DNA of 64,000 nucleotides from Octopus sinensis (Eukaryota): NCBI RefSeq assembly GCF_006345805.1, contig NC_042998.1, positions 171,058,001 to 171,122,000 of the forward strand, read 5' to 3'. Shown piece by piece: positions 26,901 to 37,000 of this stretch (position 1 is its first letter; each line of letters starts with the position of its first letter). The notes under the pieces were generated by a model. It saw only the letters and a program-made list of their open reading frames with translations, ran no database searches and was not told where the DNA came from. The position numbers and the translations under genes were made by a program.

Positions 26901-28798
26901 AGAGGTAGCTCTCTGAACTTTGCCCACCCTATTCTTATTCTAGCAGCTATGCTCTCAGAGCATCCACCTCCACTACTGACTTGGTCACCTAGGTAACAGA
27001 AGCTACCAACTACTTCTAGCTCACCCCACTGACATTTGATGGAGTCTATTTTCTGTACATTTGTATTATTTATTGTACCTATGCACCATCCACACACAAA
27101 AACTAGTTTCCCTGTTAACCTCCCTCTGATATTGTTGCACCTCTTATGTGCCCATAGCTTACACCAGATACATCTTATGGATTTTCTACCTATGCCTTTT
27201 CTACAGATTGAACAGGGCCATCTACCTGAAAGGATTTTCTGATTTGTCTGCTTTCCTACTTACTAAGACTTTGGCTTTTGCTAGATTAATTTCTTCTCTA
27301 GTTCTGAAACACTGAAGGATTTGTTGCTGTTTAGTCTCAAGGCCACCATGATTAAACAGATTTATGATCAAAGGCATTCCAGTTGTGACCATTACATCTT
27401 AATTTCTGATATGTATTCCAATGTTTCCTTTTTATTTTTTAAAAGATGGTAGTGTAATTTGAGGAAAATTTGGCTGTTGTTTTTAGCAGGCTAAATGACT
27501 CTGTGGTGGCCCTCCTTATTGACTGTATATATCACAAGTTCCTATTCCATTTCTCAAAACTAAAAGCTGTCATAGAGTAGTAGGGTGTCAATATTTAGTT
27601 ATGTCAATTTTAATTATAGGCTCAAATTCCATCAAAGTGAACTGAACAAAAAAGTAATTAGATGAGATTAATTCAACTATATACAAAATGTTAAAAATCA
27701 ATATTATCAAAAGAACTATTGAATGAAAATTTTTAAATTCTTGATTAGCATTAATCAATAACATCATCATCATCATCCTTTAATGGCTGTTTTCCATGCT
27801 GACATGGGTTGTACAGTTTGACCTGTGCTGGTAAACCAGAATGCTGCACCAGGTTTGAGTCTGATTTGGCTTTGTTTCTACAGCTGGATACTCTTCCTAT
27901 TGCCAAATGATTTACAGTGTGTGCTGGGTGCCGTTAACATGGTGCTGCCATGAGTGCTTTCCACATGGCACCAGTACAGGACTCTTGCAGGCCAATCCTC
28001 TTCACCAGGGGGAGTGGCCTCAATTAATTGAAACTTCTTGGTTCACTGTATTAACCATGTAAGCATATAATTTCCTATTTGTTTTTTATAAAGCAGCTGT
28101 CTTTTTATTATTATTCTTTCTTATTACTTGAAAAGCTTTGTTGTAATTTTTCATTCTCAATTCATTTGAGTGGGTAGAAAAATAAAAGGATTTTTCTTTA
28201 AACCTACTTCAGGATGTGAAGGACATGACCATAAATGTCACAAATTTGGTGAAACGTGGAAGGATAACTTACATGGAAAATGTACAGTACGAAAATGTGT
28301 AAATAAAGGCCATTTTGCTGTAACAATTAAGGTATCTGGTAAGTAAAGATTTTTTTGTACTTTTTGTAAAGAGCACTAATTAAAGTGGCTGAAAATTATG
28401 CAATTTACATATTTCATTTTTCTGAATGTGAACAGTAAGACAAATTGTCAACATTTAAAAAATTTGTGGATGACAAGATTATTCTTAAAATGATCTAATT
28501 GTATCTAAAATAATTGGATAATATGGAAATATAAAAATTTCATACAGAAGCATAATTTTTTTGGCTGTGGCAAAATAGAATCTAACATTTCAAGCAGAAC
28601 ATTTTGTCAGAGATTATAGGTAGCCTTCCAACTGGAGATTTAGCAATTTATATAAGAAAATCTTTCCATCCAAGACAACAAACTCCCAGTATTCCAGTTC
28701 ATATAGCTGTAAATAGGTACAATGTGAATTGTTTTATTTTATCATTTCTATAAACATGCTTTTTATACAGTTTTTGTTTTCTTCTTTCAGATTGTTAG
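17914..28798 (+). CDS. Secreted Cys-rich His/Lys-rich protein, paralog B (141 aa; signal peptide plus three FnI/VWC/beta-microseminoprotein-like modules); exons 17914-17980, 22769-22879, 25370-25483, 28213-28338, 28791-28798
   Basis: Spliced ORF of 426 nt: MYTQSFFIVCCLSSLLCFISAG D PPSCTHKGVTHKHGDEWGEKCVKFGCQQGKVKLINA A CDSGAICRAIGSHWTNYCIAYTCLHKNGKLVVKKLNM R CEGHDHKCHKFGETWKDNLHGKCTVRKCVNKGHFAVTIKVS DC*. All introns GT-AG phase 1. Hydrophobic N-terminus ending ISA/G. AATAAA at ~28915. Confidence 0.88.
18310..19092 (+). mobile_element. RTE-type LINE 3' end (ORF C-terminus, tandem-repeat 3'UTR, (GAT)n tail)
   Basis: CHTLAVEGTCGRGRPRKTWDEVVKH...AVLEKTRQAK*, then ~60-bp repeats and a ...catccagctgtagaaa...gatgatgat tail. 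Confidence 0.85.
20211..21150 (+). mobile_element. CR1-clade LINE, 5'-truncated (RT C-terminal region plus 3'UTR and (ATT)n tail)
   Basis: ORF 20011-20994 contains DLGVIVDSDLSWTKHI, YIAMVRPHLEFASPVWNPY and LEAVQRRATK; ends aataatttcattattattatt. Confidence 0.9.
22769..22879 (+). CDS. Paralog B module-1 exon (111 nt)
   Basis: tattttag|AT CCA CCA TCC TGT...AAT GCA G|gtaaga; CTHKGVTHKHGDEWGEKCVKFGC. Confidence 0.87.
23848..23938. repeat. (GACA)n/(GATA)n microsatellite
   Basis: Direct reading. Confidence 0.95.
25370..25483 (+). CDS. Paralog B module-2 exon (114 nt)
   Basis: ttattacag|CT TGT GAC...AAC ATG C|gtaagt. Confidence 0.9.
26085..27290 (-). mobile_element. Degraded RTE-type LINE
   Basis: LEVVGSFCYLGDQVSSGGGCSESIAARIRIGWAKFREL..KGRLYDACV, followed by the same 3' tail. 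Confidence 0.85.
28213..28338 (+). CDS. Paralog B module-3 exon (126 nt)
   Basis: tacttcag|GA TGT GAA...GTA TCT G|gtaagt. Confidence 0.9.
28791..28798 (+). CDS. Paralog B terminal exon, coding part (D-C-stop)
   Basis: ttcttctttcag|AT TGT TAG; poly(A) signal ~120 nt downstream. Confidence 0.78.
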
Positions 28799-29774
28799 AT
28801 ATAGATTTAACATAAAATTGAACTTTCTTGCTGATGCAAGCCATCATCAGTTTTCTAGTACTATACAAATTTTATCTCATCTACTGGTCTTTGCCTGTGA
28901 TATTGTATCCAAGAAATAAATTTTATTCAAAATTTTGAACCAAAGTTTTAGTTAATTGTAAAAATTTAACCAGTTTTATTTGTATCTTTTTCTGAAATAT
29001 TTTTCTGTATATTAGTGTGAAAGATACACTTTCTCTTTCATACACACACACACACATAAATGCAGGTATGCCTGTATAATTGAGAAGTTAGCTTTGCAAC
29101 TTTGTGGCTTCAGGTTTAGTCCCACTGCATGAAACTTTGAGCAAGTGTCTTCTATTGTAGCCCTTGGCTGACCAAAGTCTTGTGAGAAGTGGATTTGGTA
29201 GAGGTAAGCTGAAAGAAGCCAGTCTTGTGTGAGTGTCCCCATACATGTTTGTGACCCCTTGTCATGACATCATGCAATAGTTTGTAAATAAGCATCATTG
29301 TCATGTAAGTGATGTCCTTTATTTCCAATCTTCCACAGGCAAGTATTTTCTTGCTTGGAAACAGGTGGCAATTGGCAAGAGGAAGTGCATGCAGCTAGAA
29401 GAAATTTTCCATGACAAATTCTGTCAGACCCATGCAATGTTAGTTAAGTAAACATTAAAATTATATTGAGACAAAGAGACATAAAAATATACACGACAGG
29501 CTTCTTTTAGGTTTTGTGTACCAAATCCATTCACAAGGTTTTGGTCAGCCCAAGACTATAGTAGAGGACACTTGCTCAGGGAATGTAATGTGATGTATCA
29601 TTTTACAGTAGAAGACAGTTGCCCAAAGTGACATATGCTGGAACTGAATCCAAACTATATTTATATTGAGCTGATTGCATACTGTGCTGAGGTGCACCAC
29701 AACTAAAAACAGTGTCTTCTGAGAGAGTATTTGTCAATTGCTCCTCAGGGAAGACATACCCATTCTTGTTGCAA

Positions 29775-29846
<72 letters not shown>

Positions 29847-29849
29847 GAG

Positions 29850-30560
29850 TTTCTGCAGTTTGTTTACCAAATACTACTTACTATGTACTGGTCAGGTAAT
29901 GTCTTGGCAAGACTAGGTTGCTTTCCATGTGTTGATTCCCACATCTGCATTCAACTCACTACTTCAGCCTTGCTATGAAAGTAGAGTCCATAGAATCTCA
30001 GTATTCTTTTCAAGAGGTAACTCTTGGAAGATTACATTAAGGACCTGGTATGTTGTATGGGGCTACCATTTGATGAGTTTGGCTGTATGGTACTATCTCT
30101 CAGTGGTGACAGTGAGTCCTTTGAAATTTTGGCAGGAGTACTTTAAGGTGACACTCTTGCCTGCTTCCTATTTGTAATAGGACTACACTATGCAATGAAA
30201 GAAGCAAAAAAAAAAAAATCCATCAGCTTTAGACCACAACAAGCACACAGCAGATAGCAGCTGGCATTCTGCAGTGCCACTCGGATACAGATTATGCTGA
30301 TGTGCATTACAGATTGGGCATGCATACAAGTAAGGACAAAATGAAGTACATGATTTCTTATATCTGGGCTTGTAGGTTGATACAAGTGAGAAGGCCATCA
30401 AAACTTGCATTGCTAAAACATGATAGACACCATTTGGAAATGAAATCTAAACAGGGTTGAAGATAAGCTTCTTTGAAGCAACAACAGAAACTATGCTCTT
30501 ATACAGCTGTGCTACATGGACTTTAACTAAGGCACTGAAAAGAAAACTAGATGGAACAAT
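29850..30560 (+). mobile_element. Highly degraded non-LTR retrotransposon fragment
   Basis: Remnant motifs F.YLG and ATTETMLLYSCATWTLTKALKRKLDG. Confidence 0.5.
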
Positions 30561-30816
30561 TAATTCAAGGCAACTTGAATAAAGATTCTTGCATTGCAGG
30601 AGCAAACCCAAAACCATACTATTAAGTTCCCTCCAAAAACATGCGTGATTAAGATGAATATATAATTCAAAGATTCAAACATTTTTTCAGTTTTAATGAT
30701 AAAATAAACATATGTACATGAAACTTGAAAACAAAAACACACGGAAGTAAATTTTTGTATGACAAAATAAATTATAGAAACAGGTTAAAAATAACAAATT
30801 TAAAGCCCATTTTTTA

Positions 30817-31026
30817 CTATTTTTTACTGCATCGAGGTTTCCTTGTCCTTTTAGTGATGCTATTTTCAGAACCATTATTAGTAATTAATTCTGGAAAGTC
30901 ATTATCATTACAAATGTCTATCTCCTTTGAATTATCATTTTTTTCAACTTCCTTAAAACAGGTAATATCTAAGTTGTTGAATGAATTTTGATCAAAAATT
31001 ATTGATTCTTTCTTCTCATGTCTTGC
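30817..31026 (-). CDS. Uncharacterised gene, last coding exon (210 nt)
   Basis: ttcatccatttcag|GCA AGA...AAA AAA TAG; 69 open codons in AT-rich DNA; ATTAAA ~120 nt downstream. Confidence 0.65.
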   Translation of the reverse strand, partial: ARHEKKESIIFDQNSFNNLDITCFKEVEKNDNSKEIDICNDNDFPELITNNGSENSITKRTRKPRCSKK

Positions 31027-34000
31027 CTGAAATGGATGAAGAAATAAATAATTAAGAAATTAAACATTAAAAGATCAAGACAATAAAATAGATAAATTAA
31101 ATATTGATGACTCCATGGGCTCTTGCAGTTTGTGAAAAGATTAACTTTCTTGATGATAGTGTTAATAACTTAAATCTCAAATTATTAGAAAATATACAAA
31201 AACAGAGAAATTTAATTAATTGTATATAACAATGTATTTTTGGTTTAACATCACTGCCTGATCCACGAGAGCCTTTAGTGGAGTTAACTTGCAAGCATTT
31301 TAACACCTCTTTCCATCCTGCAGATATTTAGGTTAACCCTTTTCTTACTATATTCCTATTGAGATACACTGCCTCAGTTTCAACAAAATTTTGCAGTTGT
31401 TTGGAACATATATTTCAAATTTTGGCACAAAGTCAGCTATTTTGGGGGAGCAACTAAGTCACTTACATCGACCCTAGTGATCAACAGGTACTAATTTTAT
31501 CGACCCCCAAAAGGATGAAAGACAAAGTCGACCTTGGTGGAATTTGAACTCAGAATGTAAAGATGGATGAAATACTGCTAAGCATTTTGTCCAGCATATT
31601 TACAATTCTGCCAGCTTGCCACCTTCGCTTGGAACATATATTAACATAAAATCATGATGGAAGGTTTTAATTTATCACTATAAAACAGTAAGTTTGTATT
31701 AGAGAACCAGAGATATTCTCAAGTGGTTTGGTATCAAAATAGTTAATCATTAGTTATATGTATCTCACGAAATCTGGGAAGGTCTCCAAAAGTAAAACAA
31801 AAAAAAACCCTGTGCCTTCTTACATTAAAAAAGAAAACCAAAAACCAAACAAAAAAAAAATGGTAGACTTGCTTTGAAACAATTCATAATTGAAGGAAAT
31901 CTAATTCAGTCAGAATAATATGGTGAGAGATCAAAATATTTTAGAAAAAACCCAGCAATACAATGTTACATATTGTTGTTGCTTAGTCATAAGTCATACC
32001 ACAATTGTGTAAACCTATGATCAAAGGACTTCCAGCCAAAACCAACCTGTTCTTTTATTAGGTAGTGTACATCCAGGAACACATTCTCCAATGTGCTCAT
32101 CCTCTTTTAAGACTGTAGAGTATGATTTGAGGAGGATATGGGTTGCTGCTTCAAGTATATTCAGCGACCACAAAGTAGTCCCTTTGTTAGCCTGATAGAA
32201 TGTTATATAGGATTCATAGACTCTAAGGTGCATTATATAGTTTCTCTGCCTTTATTTTATTAAATTTTCACTATAAAAGGTATCTATTTTGAGTATTGAT
32301 AAATGTATAAGGTTTGACTAAGTATTATAAGAAGTAGTACACAAGAGATGTAGTGGAATTACAAGTAGGCTAAGAGAAAGGGTAGACCTCATATGCAGCA
32401 GATGCACAAGAGCACTAAGAGCCCCCATGAAACAGATTCTCTCGAGATGCCCAGATGGTTCCCTAGAAATAGTGAACAGCTTTTGTTACCTAGGTGATCT
32501 AATTAACAATAGAAGTGTGTGCTTTGAAAGTCCAATGTCAAATTAAGAAAAGGGTGGAAAAAATTTAGGGAACTACTATCTCTCTACTCATAACAATAGA
32601 ATTTTTCTCTCGGAGTGAAGGGTAGATTGTATGTTGCCTGTGTACAAACTGCAACACTGTAAGATATGGATGTTGAATGCATAAGATTTGTGTAAACTAG
32701 AAAGAAATGAAGCTAGCATGTTCTGCAGTATATGTAATGTTAGTATATATGAACAACATAGCAGAGAAGAACTGGAAGGAAAACTAAATATAAAAGGAAC
32801 CGAGTGTAGAGTATGAAAGAGAAGACTACAATGGTACAAGCATGTGATGCTTATGAAGGATGAGAGCAGCATAAAGAAGTGAAAAAGGGAATCTCATGAA
32901 GACATGGGATGAAGTGGCTAAAGCTGATCTTAGGAATGTTGAATCTCTGTTAGGAAAGGCCTCCAGCTGAGGACATGATGCAAAGAATGGAACCTTTTGA
33001 GAGAGAGAAATGGTTTTCCAGTTAGTCTAGGAGGGCAGCAATTGAAAATAAGAACAGACTCAGACTGTGGTGACCCATCCAGCCATAGAAAACAGAAATA
33101 GAAGTGATAATGATAGCTGAGAGAGCATGTGTGATTTTCACTGAATCAAAGTTATATGAGATCTTTGACTGACAGATCTTTACGTACAAAAATAATTTTA
33201 AAGAATAATCTAGGACCTACCACCAAATATTCTGACAGTTAAAAAAATAAAATAAATGTGATATATAAAAAAAATTAAAAAAAACAAAACAAAACATTCA
33301 AAAGTTGACAACATACAAGATTTTGAAGATTGTCTGATCTGGTGGAACATAGTGGTTGATAACATTTTGGTTGTTGTTCACACAAAACTTCATCTGATAC
33401 TTTGTGTGATTGCTGGAATGAAAGTTGTCCTGGTTTGGTTACTGTTCCTGAAGACTTTGACAGACCTCGGCCTATACCTGAATTATTCTGGAATACAAGA
33501 AATATGAAACATAAATAAATTACTTGCAGCTTCAATGTCCCAATATTTAAAAATTTTATTTGGTTTACTGACTTTTATTTGTTATTTGTATTATGGATGG
33601 GAAAACTTTTGGAGTAAAATAAATGCAAAAAACCATTTCATTTCATTCCTGTAGTAAACACCACGGAACAAAAAGTAAGCTTCTTGACTACTTCAGTAGC
33701 CTTAAGAGGTTGCCCTGATAAATATTAGCATGAATAATACATTTAGTTTGCAGGAGTTGGACCAAATATTTCAAAGTTCATTCTCACAGAGGAAATAACA
33801 TTAAGATATGGATGAACCAAAGAGGCACTGGATACCTTTTGTCATAGGCCTGCTTAGTGCAGTTAGAGCAAAGCTAAACAACAACAATAAAACAAGAGGA
33901 GTACAGGGTAAAGTTATGATGATAATGAAAAACATGTTTGCTAAGAAAGATTTTGAAGGTTTTCCAAGATTGGTGAAATTGATGTGACTGATGTCTGAAC

Positions 34001-37000
34001 ATCTGCAAAGCTGAAACTGTTGTCTTATTTAAACTGTTTCCCTGCTAAAAAAAACTTAAGGTCCACATGGCAGTGTTAAACTGAAAATACATTGTTATAA
34101 CAAATTAATAAAATTTCTGTATAGTGTCTGAAATAATTTTTATGAGAATTTAAATTTAATTAAAGGTGATGATGGAATGTGACTAAGGTTAAGGTGCTAG
34201 AACAATCATTAGCTTTCATTATCTTAATAACTCTTATCAAGAAAGGCAGGGGAATTAACTGCCACACTGAATTATTTGACTAAATTCATCAGCATCATTA
34301 TCATCATCATTTAATGTCCATTTTCCATGCTGGCATAGGTAGATGGTTTGACAAGAGCTGGCAAGTTGGAGTGCTGTATCAGGCTCCATTGTCTGCTCTG
34401 GTATGGTTTCTATGGCTGGATACCCTTCCTAACACTAAATTATATCAATAAAAATAGAATAAGAGGAAGTTAAGTCTGCTGATTTTTGGCAGAAATGTTT
34501 CATCATTGTTAGACCGCTTTAGTCAAAAATAATTTAACTATTACTGCAGATCTTTAATGATTCAAGGTGTATATAGGAAATTTTTGTGAATGAACACAGT
34601 ATAGTTTTATAACTTTAAGAAATGATTAGGATGGTGTGAGGGCAAATACCCAGGAATGCTTACTGCATATGAAAAAACAATAAGTGGATGTTAACATAGA
34701 TAATGTAAAGAACAAAAGAATTTCTATAAACTTTAGCAGAAACAGAAATGCCTGCAAATTAATATTTGATGGAAAAATATAGATGCCAATGAACTTTCTG
34801 AGGACTGTACTTGTTTAATGTAAGGACTAAAGTGGAAATGACTAAAAGATAAGGAGCAAGCACAACATACTAAGCAGGTTTGAACAAGGTAGTACACAAG
34901 TATTTTTCCCATGGGTATAAATTAAAAGAAACGGCTATAACTAAAACTACATTGTAGTCTATTAGCTTGGACTTACGTCTACCCTATAAAACTTACCCAA
35001 GATATTGTAATAAAAAGATGGGCTCAATTATTTCCAATGCCATCAACATTATAAATAACTGCAGTTGGGATAAATACAGTAATAAAGAAAGAATATTAAA
35101 GGGGTTTGAGAGATTGTGTAAATCTACAACCAAGAGACTGGTCCAAATGTTTGTAGTAACCGGCTTACTATACAGAAATCCTTGTAAAAGTGCATGGTGT
35201 GGCACCAAGAAATGAGGTTAATTCATAATTTAATTCTAAAGGGGTGCCAACTGCATATCTAAGTAATAAAATGGTGGGGTTTGATGATTTAAAATGATTT
35301 CAACTTCAAAAATAATTAAAGTAAGGTAATAAGATAAAATAAATTTAGTCAGCAGTTGAGTAAGGAAGAGAGACAACTCCATCTTCACCTTTTTATAATA
35401 ATCTGTCTTTTCTTGGATTTACCTGTACACCAGAATCTACCAAAGATATCGAATGTTACAAGAACTAATACTTAAAATGATAGAAAGGGTAGGGTGATGG
35501 ACAAAAGGCTTTGTTACTTAGCTTTGTCCTCTGGATCAATTCAATCAATGATAACACTGCTAAAATCGTTGTAATTGATTGAATTATGGCCAACTTTGCC
35601 TTTCATCCTTCCAGGGTCAATAAAATAAAGTATCAGTCAAGTTAATGGGTGGATGATCTTGACTAACCTCCCATCTATTCAAAATTGCTGACCTTGCGCC
35701 TAAATCTGAAACCATTGTTATATTCATCAATAATAAAGAAATCATTTAAAAATCATTATAAGAAGCTTGCTTCCCAGCCATATGGTTCCGGGTTCAGTCC
35801 CACTGTGTGGCAGCTTGGGCAAGCCTCTTCTACTATAGTCTCGAGTTGAGCATAGCCTTGTAAGTGGATTTGGTAGAGGGAAACTGAAAGAAACCTGTTG
35901 TGTGTGTGTGTGTATATATGTAATAATGTGTCTGTGTCTTTGTGTCTGCGTTTGTCCCCCCCCCCCCAACATTGCTTGAAAACTGATGTTTGTGCATTTA
36001 CATCCTTGTAACTTGGCAGTTTGGCAAAATAGAACAATAGAATAAGATCTGGGGTCGATTTCTTTGACTAAAACCCTTTAAGGTAGTGCCCTTACATGGC
36101 CACAGTCAAATGACTGAAACAAATAAAAAAAATATACTGAGCTACTGACATCAGTTAAATCAACTGCAGTCTGACCCCCAAAATTTTTGGCCCCTTGTGT
36201 CTCTGTTTGAAATCATTAACCCTTTTGTTACCATATTTCTGTTGAGATGCTTTGTGTTTCTTTCAATTAATTTTAAATATAACAAAGAATTTTGTAAAAA
36301 GCTAGTGTTAGGAATACAAATTTTGACTAAGGTTTGTTGAAAGGTTTTAATTCAGAATTTTTAAAAACAAGGCATTTGTACTACAGAGCCAGAGGCGGTT
36401 TCAGGCGGGTTGGTATCAAAAGGGTTAAAGTAACATGAAATAATCAATTAAACAATGATAATGTTAAAGATGATAACAATTAACAAGTGTTGGTGAGCTG
36501 GCAGAGTCGTTAACACACTGGGCAAAATGCTTAGCAGCATTTCACCTGTTTTTACGTTCTGAGTTCAAAATCTGTCGTGGTCAACTTTACCTTTTATCCT
36601 TTTGGGGTCAATAAATTAAGTCCTGGTCTAGCACTGGAGTCAATGTAATCGATAAGTCCCCTCCCCACAAATTTCAAGCCTTGTGCCTATAGTGGAAAGG
36701 AAATTTTCATTGAAAATTATATTTTAAGTACCCATTTCTTCTTATAGAAACCACACCTTATTAGATGCAGTTCATTGATTAACAAAAACCAATTTAAATT
36801 AATAGAATCACTGGGTTCAAAGATGCACAATTCTCATCCCCATTCTACTGACAACAGGTTTCAAATCTACTTCACAGTCAAGCACTTATTGTTAAGAAAG
36901 ACTTACAGAAAAAAAATTTGCCCTGACAATATGGTTCATAGATGAGAATCAGATATTCTCCATATAGAATACATTTAGTGGTGCTCAAGAGAATTAAACT

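Noticed and set aside
31097-31318. Alternative minus-strand exon (acceptor ctgcag at ~31318)
   Set aside because: Weak pyrimidine tract; stops after 5 codons in the required phase; the 31026 acceptor is much better
34967-35215. Overlapping ORFs with minus-strand gtaagt donors
   Set aside because: No convincing in-phase acceptor or recognisable protein; possibly very decayed RT sequence
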